From the NCBI GenBank assembly GCA_051362555.1, contig CM120643.1, forward strand, positions 23,936,848 through 24,000,847: a stretch of DNA of 64,000 nt, read 5' to 3'. This stretch comes from Lingula anatina. Lineage: Eukaryota; Animalia; Brachiopoda. Both the position numbers and the translations under genes were made by a program. This document shows positions 12,677 through 24,000 of this stretch, piece after piece (the first letter of the stretch is position 1; the number at the start of each line of letters is the position of its first letter). Below the pieces are notes generated by a model. The model saw only the letters and a list, made by a program, of their open reading frames with translations. It was not told the origin of the DNA and searched no databases.

Positions 12677-12967
12677 GCATTCACTACGAGTTGAGCCAGG
12701 CTTTACAAATCCCGGGGACTAAATATGGCGGACGTACATGAAAGAAAAACCGCCTAATCTTTTAATAGTCTCTCCTCTCACACGCCTCCCCATGTGTCGT
12801 CCCAATGGAGCCGAGATTTAATGACTGTCCCCCCGCAGGGACGACGTGTGGGGAGGCGTGTGAGAGGCGGAGAGACTATTAAAAGATTAGGCGGTTTTTC
12901 TTTCATGTACGACCGCCATATTTAGTCCCCAGGATTTGTAAAGCCTGGCTCAACTCGTTGTGAATGC
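12677..12967. mobile_element. Near-perfect palindromic MITE (~125 bp arms, ~35 bp spacer)
   Basis: gcattcactacgagttgagccaggctttacaaatcc... versus ...ggatttgtaaagcctggctcaactcgttgtgaatgc. Absent from the paralogous sequence near 30020-30045. Confidence 0.85.
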
Positions 12968-13973
12968 GATCTTTGTCACTGATTGTGCTAGATGATCGAA
13001 TGCAGTGGGCAGAAGTAGTGCAAAGGGATAGATTGTTATTTAAATTACGCACGTTGCGTTAATCTCTACTGGGTATTAAAAATATTATGAGAAACCATAG
13101 GGGTGGAGCTCATGGCAAAAGGAGACAAGACCGATGGAGGAAACGATGCTTGTGCAAGGCCGTGTTTCACTGATATACATGTAAATGGGTGGATGGTGAT
13201 ACGGAATACAAACACAATCTAAGAACCCTCAAGCCGTACTCAAGACAGCCCGTTTCGGACTTTTGCTAAAAATTTCATCAAAATACATTCATAACTTTTT
13301 AATTTCGTCTTTTTACAAGCTAGCAAACAAATAAACTCCTTGGCCGTGGTAGCAGGATTAAAGGTGTCCATTGTAAAGTATCCTCGCGAAAAACTCATAC
13401 TTAACACGTTTTGCTGGAGTAAACGACTATTTATTCGACCTAATACCATTTAATCGTTCTTCTCTGACACTCGCCATAACTAATAGTAGGTAAACTAGCT
13501 TTGGGAAAATTAAAAACCGGTGCTTAATCATGTCTAAATTGCGCACGATACAAAACTGTGTCAAGAATATTTTAAGGTGGCAAATTTTGGAATAGCTCCA
13601 AAGGTCAGTTTTTTTCTCTTTTAAAAAGCAATATTTATTGCAATTGAAAATTAAAATTACCCTTTTGTTTTAAGCACAATAAGGTGAAGCCAAGGTGTTT
13701 TCATGAACTTTCGGAAGCGTAAACCGATTCACACAAGATAATCGGCGACCACATGAATAGCGCGTTTTTGTACTTGACAGGTTCATAATGATATACAAGG
13801 AAAAATAAATACACCTAAAACTCTCTATCCTTCCATGCCGAGAGCCATTTTGTATTCATATGAACTGTTAACATGTAAAAAAATAGGGAATGCAAAATAT
13901 TCCCGCCTAAACGTTATCCCCATAACAGCAAAAATAAATAAACAAATAAATAAATAAATAAACTAAAATAAAA

Positions 13974-14004
<31 letters not shown>

Positions 14005-14501
14005 ACAAGAAAAAATAGCTCCAAGAGTAGATGTCAGATACTAATTCATACTGCCTTTGGAGATTTATTTAAAGAATCTAACCAAAACTACATCAACATT
14101 TTTTAAACATGAAACAGATAACAATTTGAAAGGAAAACGATCAGTAAAGAGAATAACAAATCGTCTGATTATACATGTATAGCAGAATGTCCCTGCATAT
14201 ATGTGTGCGTCCATGTGTTTCTGTGTGCGCGAGTTCGTGCATTCGAGCGTGCATGTGTGCCTGCTCGCGCTATCTACCATGGTGATCTTAGAACCCGGGT
14301 TCACTCAAACTTATTTAAAAACTTTGGCAGTTTTAGAACCTCTAAGTAAGGAATTGTCTGCGACAGTCCATATGATCTGATTGTGAAACAACACTGTTAA
14401 ATGCGTTTTCCTTTATAATATTGTGTCTGAATATATGCACTAGAAAATTTGTCATCAGTGTGCTTCTCTCGTGCCTGTGGTCAACTTATTGGTCGATTCA
14501 A

Positions 14502-15530
14502 TCATTCATCCTCGTCCTCATTATCGGCGTTATCGTCATCATCGTTGTCAGCCACGAATTTTACCAACTTTTGGAGGAGCTGAAATGCCAACAATATTTG
14601 GCTTGATAACCGCCTATACAATGTGCATAATGCAACTGCAGTTCTTTTATGGAATAAAGAAAATGTTTATCTGGACATTTCTTATCCAAAATCATTACTT
14701 GAATAAAGATTGCGGTAATATCCTAATCAGTATGCACTTAGAATTAATAATACCGTAATATTAAAATGGTCATATTTAAAATGACATGAAACGAAAAACT
14801 CACAGATTGTTGGAGTGATGTTAATTGTTAAATTTTCACTGCAAGATAATTTCAGAAATAGCAACCAGCATGACTAGATTAAATACAAAAGTAATAGGCT
14901 GTTCTTTATGATAACTTTACAGTTTTTACAAACAGTAGTAATATGATAACATTTAATCCTTTCGTGAAGAAATGCATTAAAAACCTACATTTATGTTCGG
15001 CCTGTGACTTGACAAAGATAGCGTTGAAGAAGCATCAAATTAGTTCCAACATACTCCTTTTTACAAATGAAATAACGATATGAAATCTCTTACCTCATCG
15101 CTGTCTCTCTCTCCTGCTTCCTTGCCATCTTCCACCGCAGTGCTATCGCCAAAGCCGCGACGACGACGACGGCGGCGGCGTCGGCGACGGCGACCAAAAA
15201 TACCTAAAAGTGGAAACAATTTTTTTCTCTACAGTAACATACACGTGCTCTCTTGCTTTCCCAAAATATCTTCCTGTGTCTTTTATGATGTTTGTCATAG
15301 TTCTTTAGTTTCTGAAAGCATTTTTCTGACAGAACTAGTACCTTTCATGAAGGATGATCATACCCCCCCCCCCCCCCCATACATGGTACTTTATGAAAAC
15401 TGAAAATAAAAAAAGCAAATTTATATCTCCTTTTAACCCACAATATCTTATGCTTACCTTCCGATTCATCAAACATCTCCACTAAAAGCATGATGGCCAT
15501 CAGCACGGCGAACCACTTCAGCTTGTTCAT
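14502..15530 (-). CDS. Secreted poly-arginine peptide precursor, copy 2 (3 exons, 86 aa)
   Basis: Exons 15530-15458 (MNKLKWFAVLMAIMLLVEMFDESE+G), 15203-15094 (GIFG-R12-GFGDSTAVEDGKEAGERDSDE) and 14579-14502 (LLQKLVKFVADNDDDDNADNEDEDE*). GT-AG introns, phases 1 and 0. Confidence 0.9.
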
Positions 15531-18500
15531 AGTGAGTGTTAGTTTACGGGATAGCAGGAATCTTTTCAACGGCCACGCGCAAACTGGAGGCGAAAACGCC
15601 CAACTCTCAGTTTTGTAGCCCAAGAAATGTCAAAGTTCCCAAGGCATGCGCAGTGATTCCATTCTTTGGAATAAAAAATAAAAGATGTTTTACGAAATTG
15701 TGATGAAGATATAAGACCTGTCACTTTTGGTGCAACTTTCAGACAACCTTGGTTAATTATTAATTATTGAAGCTTTGTGCATCGCTTTTAAAAAGTGTGC
15801 AAGTAATTTATGCCAACAATGTAAAAATGACTTGATAAGATGTGATAAGATTGTTAGATTTGATAATTTGATGCTTTCACTAAAAACATTCCACATAAAA
15901 CTTGTGTTCATCATTTTAACAGCAACGGTCTTAGTATCAAAGGGACAGAAATGAAAAATAGTTTCAAACAAAAAATGACATGACATTATTTGCATACAAA
16001 AACATTCATTCGACCGTGTATTGCTTGGTATTTAAATAAAAAAATACGGAATGTATTCTATTGTTAAAATTCTGACACTCTTAGCTTTAACTTACTGCAT
16101 GTTTACTCCCTGGTTCTCTCTGGGCCAATTCACATCATTCACCAGCAGAATTTCAAAGAACTCATTGCAACTGTGAATGTATCGTTTATGTCGTGCGTAG
16201 GCGTGGAGAGAGAGAGAGCATATCATCCTGAAGACTAAAAAAGTCGGGGTGAAGAGTTCGTTTTTCAGGTTCAAGACAGCTGAACTCCTCATTCTGCTTA
16301 ACAACCACTAAGCATTTCAACGCTTTCTACCCAAGTCTCACCTTTAAAGTTCAGAAAATATCTCATATCTGTAGAACCTCCCTTTTTGAACAGAAAGGTT
16401 TAGTGTTTAATTCAATTTTTAACAGTCAAATATAACTTGGAATTGTAGCCCACAGCGGTTATTCTGTCTACTTGAGCTCTGCTATATTAATTGCGGAGGT
16501 CGAACGTAATTGTTGTTTCTTTTTATCATGCACTATTCGCACAATTTTTATCATGCATATTTACGTATCTGACCACATTACAAACACAAAATACACTATA
16601 AGAGTGTGGATTTAACAGTGCCCAAAGCACAGGAACCGTGCATTACTGTGTCACCGTGTAACACGAAATGAGATGCTTTACCTTAGTTAAACAGTGATGT
16701 GCGCCACTATTAACAACACCATGGAAAATAGTCAAATACCTCATGTGACCGATCTAAAAAAAGACTTGTGTGCAAAGTACATTCTTTCACCGAAAAAAAT
16801 TATCCAGAAACGGTTTTTTTTTCTTTTGTGTGTATACATATAACAGCCATGGGGGTTTGGTCAACAAAATAGCAGAAATAATTTATGGTTTAAAGGTAGA
16901 AATTATCAGCATTCTGATTCATTCGACCAGAAACAGTGAAGTTAGACGGTAATCCAAAAGTAATAATATGACAGGATTTTTTTTTTTTTTTTTTTTTTTG
17001 CAAACAAAAGCATTCATTGGACCATATATTGTTTGACACTTGAATGACAAAAATCTTTGAGAGTAAACAAAAATAATACTTCACGTGCCGAAAACTGGCC
17101 CATCATTGAGCATTCATTCTGCAACCAAAGCCATGCTTGTGCCTTTTTCTACGACCTCAGCGATGTCAGTTTCATGGTCGAACAACGGACGCAGAAGGGA
17201 CGCCCTCCAGTGTAAAGAGGGTTTGTTTAATTCATACACTGGTACATTATACATGTACAACTGTATGTCAGTTTAAGTACTATCAATACGAGCAGACATT
17301 GAGAGTTATTACTGCAACTTTGCTGTGTTCGTTGACAAGTGAAATCTAACGGATCTAATACCAGGCCTGCCGCAAACTCTCTTGCAAAATTGCTGTAAAT
17401 TTGCCAGAACAGAGATACTTTCTTGCAAAATACCAGTTAAATTAAGATGTTTTTGGAAATTTGCTAGAATATAAAAACTTTCTTCTTGCAAATCTGCTTC
17501 AAACTAACGATGCTCTTGCAAATCTGCTGTAAATTAGATGAAATACAAAATTTTCCTGCAAAATGGTTGCCACAAACTTTTAGACTTTAAGTTTGCAGCA
17601 AATTGCTGCAATCTTTTCATTTTTCTAATGGTATAAAGTTATGTGTGCGTCTCAAGATAGAGAGAGAGACAAGGAGAATGAGAGAAAAAATATTGTCTGG
17701 AGAAGTTTGTAAGTCGGGATGAAGTTCTAGACTATTAAGCTGTTTATTCTAAACCACTAAACATTTAAACAAGTTCTGAAAAAGTCTCGCGTTTCAGCCA
17801 AATTCGCCTCCTTTAAACTTTTACCTAAATCAGAACAGCTCATTGTTCTTATATACTGGGGGTTCAATATACCCATTTTGAATGCAAAGAATCTTCGTCA
17901 AATTATGTTACACTTTCAAGGGCGCCTGGTAGTGCATTTTTTTTTTTGTCCCCAAGGTGGTTGCTGTGTACATGTCCTGTCAACTATCAGTTGGTTGTGT
18001 ACAAAAGCTCTCATGCATTCATTATTCCCATTTTCGAGATAATGAAAAATCGAGGTGCTAGACTTAAATTTAGATGCCTATTCTCCTTTCCGGACTTACG
18101 TTGTTTCAAAAATGCTCTTTTCAGTGGGACCTGTCACCACTTTTTTGTATCATAGATATCTCTTACCAGTACAACAGCCACGCTTTTCAATCTCCTTGTC
18201 AAATTATGACAATATCAGATTATTAGGTTTTAGTGTCGTAAATGACAACATAAAGCCTGTATTCAAGCGTTCCCCTCCAGCACTGCAAACAGAGACCAGT
18301 GCAATAAATCTTTTCACACTGTATTGTCAAGTACCTACACGGTAGTTATCTTCAAAACAATTTAGTAGTATTATTTTCATGCACACCATGTCGCACCAGG
18401 ACAGATATATAATGTCTACTCTAAGTCACACAGACGACTCGTGCAATATGATGTATTGTTAAAGACTAATAATTCTACAAAATTCACTAAGTAGATACCA

Positions 18501-18654
18501 GTAGGTACACCAATATGGACGTTCTTTGAGTCAATATAAATACCAACCTATCACAGGGAATTCCCTCGAAAATGCACAAATGATTCACATTTAACGGATC
18601 AAATTTAACGTTCCCTGCGGAAAATGCAACGATATTGTGGTTGGTATTTGTCAC

Positions 18655-19451
18655 GGTATCAGGACAATTCCCCCCCCCCCCCCCCCGGACTATTCCCCCC
18701 GGACAATTCCCCCCTGAAGAATATATATTTATATACAAATATAAAGTAAAGAGTACCAAGTTCAAATCTTTTCATCCATTTTATGGATATTTCTTAGTTT
18801 GATGTTGCAACTCGAGGATAGATAATATCAATTTTATAAAACAAAATATTTTTGTGGAGTTCAAGTACATACGATTTTGGAGATAGAAGTACACAACATT
18901 TTATTAAAAATCTGATCAAAGTATATCTCCAGGTAAAGGAGGGGTAAACAGATGATCTCACTCATCCAGGTAACCCTTTGATGAATTAACTGTTACTTTT
19001 AATTGCTTTATTACTCCCCCCTTGATTGAATAAGTCTTGAGTCAAGGTGCATCTCACATATTTAACTGTGGGGTAAACAGATTTTCTCACCTGTCCAGGT
19101 ATCCCTTTGACTATTTGTCACTTTTAATTGCTTGACTGCTACCCACCACCCACCACACTAAAATATTTATAAAATTTAGGTGGTTATACTTTGATTAGAT
19201 ATTTAATACATCTTCCTGTACTTGTACTCAATGAAAAAGGAATTTGTTATAATATATATATATTTTTTTCATGATGAAGTTGTATTATTACACAAAAATA
19301 TTTAAAAAATGGATGAAATGTTTTAAACTTTAGACTTTCTTCTCTATATTTGTAAATAAATATATTTCTTGGGGGGGGGGATTGTCCGGGGGGAGATTGT
19401 CCTGGGGGAATAGCCGGGGGGGATTGTCCGGGGGGGAATTGTCCTAGAATA
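18655..19451. mobile_element. Non-autonomous long-TIR DNA transposon (Mutator-like)
   Basis: ~130 bp inverted ends with repeated ggacaattccccc / gggggaattgtcc units, flanked by a 9-bp direct repeat ATTTGTCAC (18646-18654 and 19452-19460). Internal ~130 bp tandem duplication. Superfamily is inferred from the TSD length. Confidence 0.65.
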
Positions 19452-19617
19452 ATTTGTCACATTTGTCACAAGTTCTTTTCAATACTCCTTCTCAATATAT
19501 AGGTCCATTTGAAGAAAACAGAAAAGTGAAAAATGAAGTTATAGTTTTATTGCGTATTCTCCTTTTTTTAAATCCCTGATGATAAAATTTTTAAATTCGC
19601 GTCTTGCTAGTATGGGG

Positions 19618-20442
19618 TGTTACTGCCAGAGCAGTGTTTTATAGATAAATCTTATTTCTTTACTTCGGACGCGCTACTCACTTGTTTGTCGCATCGGTGT
19701 TGAATAACAATTGTTTTTAGCGCGCTTATGATAATGATGGGATAGAATGTGATTCCACGAGGAATGAGATCGGCTGATGTTAAATGCTGAGACAGCCGTA
19801 ATTACAAGTGTTTTTGTAACAGGAATCTGGCCCATAAGGTTAGCAATTAATTTTAAGTTATGAAAGTTCATTTAAAGATAATTGCGAGAAGATAAAATTA
19901 GTTTTCCATTGTAAACTGCAACTTTGAGTAGCGTTAGAAATGCCGGTCTGATGTACAATGCACAGTACATGTAACACAATCACTGTACCTTTCAGTATTG
20001 GAGTAAAGAAAGTTCAGTAAAGTGTAGTGTATTGTTTAGAAACGAGAATGTAGTTGTACTAGTTGCGAGTTAAAGATTGTTTGTTTTATGTTCGTAATCA
20101 ATGTTATTTTAAAAGCGTATTTTTTCATTGTGTTAGTTGCGCCAGATGAGATTTACTACACAATCATTTAGAACCCAGTCGCTTGCATTACACTAGAATA
20201 GCCCAAAGTCGGTAAGAGTTACTTATATTTTGGAGATAAAGATAGGATAACATGCAACTGTTAAGTAAAGATGTTATTTAAGTGACTTAATAGCATTATA
20301 TAAAAGAACTAGGGCAAGAATATGAGATGATTTTCATATTTTATTTCAATTATTCTTTTCAGTTGACGGTTTAAGGTTTAATAAATCAGTAAAAACGACG
20401 CAAAGCTGTTGTTGTTGTGTGTGAGTATTGCAAGTGGCTACA
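19618..20442 (+). repeat. 5' LTR of BEL/Pao element
   Basis: tgttactgcc...gtggctaca; direct repeat of 26581-27405. Confidence 0.97.
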
Positions 20443-21056
20443 GTCAACGACTGGGATTTGAGATAGCCCATACCAATAGTCCGCAACTAAAGCCCTGAGA
20501 CGGCCCGTACCGAACAACCGAACCAAGAAGACAGAATTTTTGACCTATTTCCAACCTGTGGTAACTCTAGATATCTGAGATGCCTGGAGCCAGTCAACAG
20601 CCATTATTTAGATGACCCGGCCCAGTCAAGTACTAGCAGTTACTGGTGGGACTGTAATTAAGGAAATTGAGCTAAGATCCAATCCGCAGCTTGCAATGAA
20701 GCTGAAATTGAGACTTTCTCGAGTATATGTTGACACTTGATTTCATATCCACAGATAACTATAAATACTAGTAGATCTCAGTGTAGCTGAATATATTATT
20801 GGCTATCTAAATATACATATGATTATTAATTTATTTGTTTGTTAAGATTAAGATACTCGGCAATTTTACATGTTTGCTGTTGATGTTCAAATGTTTTAGC
20901 TAGCTTATTACTTATAGAGAAACTGTCTACATTTTGAAATTTACTTGTCTTGCTTAGTGTAGATAAGTTTATTTGAGTTCAAATAAGTTACGCTGCCCAT
21001 ACCACCTGCCCCCTCCCTCCTTTCTAAGAATACGTGCTCACTGCTTGACATTAAAA

Positions 21057-24000
21057 ATGGATGCAGCTACCATTACCAAGATTCCCAGAACTAGGACAGT
21101 TCCTTTTCAGACACCAACTGACCAAGAAGTAACATTCAGAAACATATCGCCTAAAGATGATTTGAGAAGAAGACTAATTGAGGAATTAGATCCAGATGAC
21201 TCTGTCAGTCAAGCCGGCTCAAACGTATCTTTTAAGGAGCGACAGTTAGAAGAAGAAGCTAGACAGGTTGCTTTGAAGGAAAGGCTGAAGTACCTTACAG
21301 CACAGCAAGAAATAGAAGAGCAACAGATACGTTTAGAGCAGAGAAGAAAGCGGCTCTTGTTAGAATCAGAACTGAATGAAAGCAAGAAAAGGGAAGAAAT
21401 CTTTAGGAAAGCATTGGGAGGTGAAGATACTACTAAGAAGGAGTCAGACAGCGGCTATAGCCATGATGTTGTGAGGGCCTTAGAGAAGTTGAGCCTGAGT
21501 AGATTACCGATTCCAGAACCACCTGTATTTGAGGGAAATCATCTAACATATGTAACATGGCGACTAGCATTCAAGACTCTAATAGAAAGCAGAAATATCC
21601 CACCCAGTGAGAGGCTGTACTACCTAAAGAGGTACCTCGGAGGAGAAGCTAAAGAGACAGTGGATCATTTGTTTTACTTAGATTCAGAAGAGGCTTACAT
21701 TGAAGCCCTTGAGATACTTGAAGATAGATATGGTGATAAATTTTTGATAGCAGAGGCTTTCAGAGACAAATTAGAAAAGTGGCCCAAGATTAACAGTAGA
21801 GACAGTAAGGGACTTAGAAAACTATCAGATTTTCTCAGGCAGTGTTTAGCAGCAACAGATCATGTAGGAGAGTTGAAGATCCTGGACGACTGTCGGGAAA
21901 ATAGGAAGTTACTTCAGAAACTACCTGAATGGATCACACGAAGATGGGCCCGAATTGTCGAAGAATCACAAGGTTTCCCAGGCTTCAAGAGGTTTGTAGA
22001 GTTTGTAAAAAAGGAATCCGACATTGTAAATAACCCTGTTATGAGACCAGCTGAAACTGCATTTAGCAAGAAAACCCCCACTTCCACCAGCCTTATGACG
22101 AAAACGAGCGATCAAGCTATACCAACGCCTCCTGTCACGAAAAATGCCTGTACATTCTGTGAGAAAATAGGACACGACATCAGAGAATGCCGAAACTTCG
22201 AAAGAAAAACGCCACAAGAAAGAATGGAGTTTATAAAGAAAAGAGGTCTTTGCCTAAGCTGCCTTAGAAACGGTCACTTAGCCAAGGAGTGTAAAAGGAA
22301 GGAACAATGCAGTAGATGTGGTCGTAAACACCCTGCCATACTACATGGGGACTACGAAGCCCTACACCCAGAAGATCAACATGTAAGAACATTGTCAAGT
22401 ACTTGCCAAGAGGGAGCTATCAGTTCAATGACAATTCCAGTCTATGTATCTGTAGGAAATTCCGGGAATGAAATCCTGACATATGCTCTTCTAGATAGTC
22501 AAAGTGATGTTACGTTCATTAGCGACGAGTTAACAGCCAAGCTGAATGCAGAAAGCGTACCTACAAGTATCAGGATTTCAACAGTCAACTCCAGCTATGT
22601 AGTCAAAACTTCAAAGGTTCCAGGATTGACTGTAAGAGGTCTTAACTTAACAGAAACTATAGCACTACCAACCTGTTATACAAGAGAAAACATACCATTC
22701 AACAAGAAACATGTACCTAGACCATCGGATGCGAGAAGATGGAATCACCTGCAAAATATACAGAGCCAAATTGCACCGCTCCAGAATTGCGACGCAGGTT
22801 TACTTATAGGTTACAACTGCTCTCGTGCATTGGTACCCCTTAGTGTCAGAGTAGGAGCAAACGAGGAACCCTATGGAATACAGACACCCCTGGGATGGAG
22901 CGTCGTGGGAAGGACCGGACGAGAAGACACAGATGAATATCACCTCAGTCACAGAGTGATGAGGAAAGAAATACAAAAGGATTTGAGAGTCGATGATAGA
23001 GGAGAAGTGACTTTTGTCCACAGAACAAAGGTTAAAGAGACAGTAACTGAGCCAGAGATAATTCAGTTACTGGAAGCGGACTTCAGGGATGAGCACAAGT
23101 CAGAAGATTCCTTGTCCCAGGATGACTTGAAGTTCTTAAAGAAGATGAAAGACACAATCTATCAAGACCAAGACAATTTCTATACCATGCCTCTACCATT
23201 TAGAACTGATGCCCCACAGTTGCCTGACAACATGCCCATGGCCATGAGAAGACTTGAGCATCTGAGAAAGAAATTTGCAGACAAAGAATTTGCCGCCGAA
23301 TATAAGAAGTTCATGGACGCGATGATAGAAAGCGGAGAAGCTGAACCTGTTCTAGACAAAGATGTAGCTGGAGGACACAGATGGGTCGTGCCGCACCATG
23401 GAGTTTACCATAAACGTAAAGGAAAGCTCAGGGTAGTATTTGACTGCGCAGCGAGATATAAGAACATTAACCTGAATGAGAACCTCATCTCAGGTCCAGA
23501 CCTCACCAACAGTCTGATAGGATGTCTCCTGAGATTCAGAGAGGGATCAGTAGCCGTTGTAGGAGACATAGAACGAATGTTTTATCGGTTCAAGGTAGAC
23601 CCACGAGATCGTAACTACTTCCAGTTCCTGTGGTGGGATGGAGACCTAGAAGGCACACCTAAGCTATTTAGGATGACAGTTCACCTGTTTGGAGCTGCCA
23701 GTTCCCCTGCGTGTGCTAACTTTGCTTTGAAACAACTGGTTGAAGACCATGGAGAAGAATTTGATGAGAAGGTTTGCTGGGTAGCTGGTAATTGCCTTTA
23801 CGTAGACGACTTGTTATTAAGCATTGATTCTGCTGAGGAGGCAAAGCAGCTTATTGAAGGCGTACGTCAGCTATTTCAGAAAGCAAATATAAGACTTCAC
23901 AAGTTTATTAGCAACAACCAAGAAGTTTTGGAGAGTATTCCCGTATCAGAAAGAGGGACACAGAGCACCACTGTTGATTTGCCTTTACCTGCCACAGAGA

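Noticed and set aside
14421-14606. Hydrophobic membrane-protein-like ORF
   Set aside because: Antisense reading of the Asp/Glu codons of exon 3 of copy 2.
15080-15403. Plus-strand ORF with a poly-Arg run (protamine-like)
   Set aside because: (CGN)n reads as Arg on both strands. Splice sites and the signal exon are on the minus strand, and this ORF is not conserved among paralogs.
19674-19871. Identical 65-aa ORFs at 19674 and 26637
   Set aside because: Consequence of the two LTR copies.
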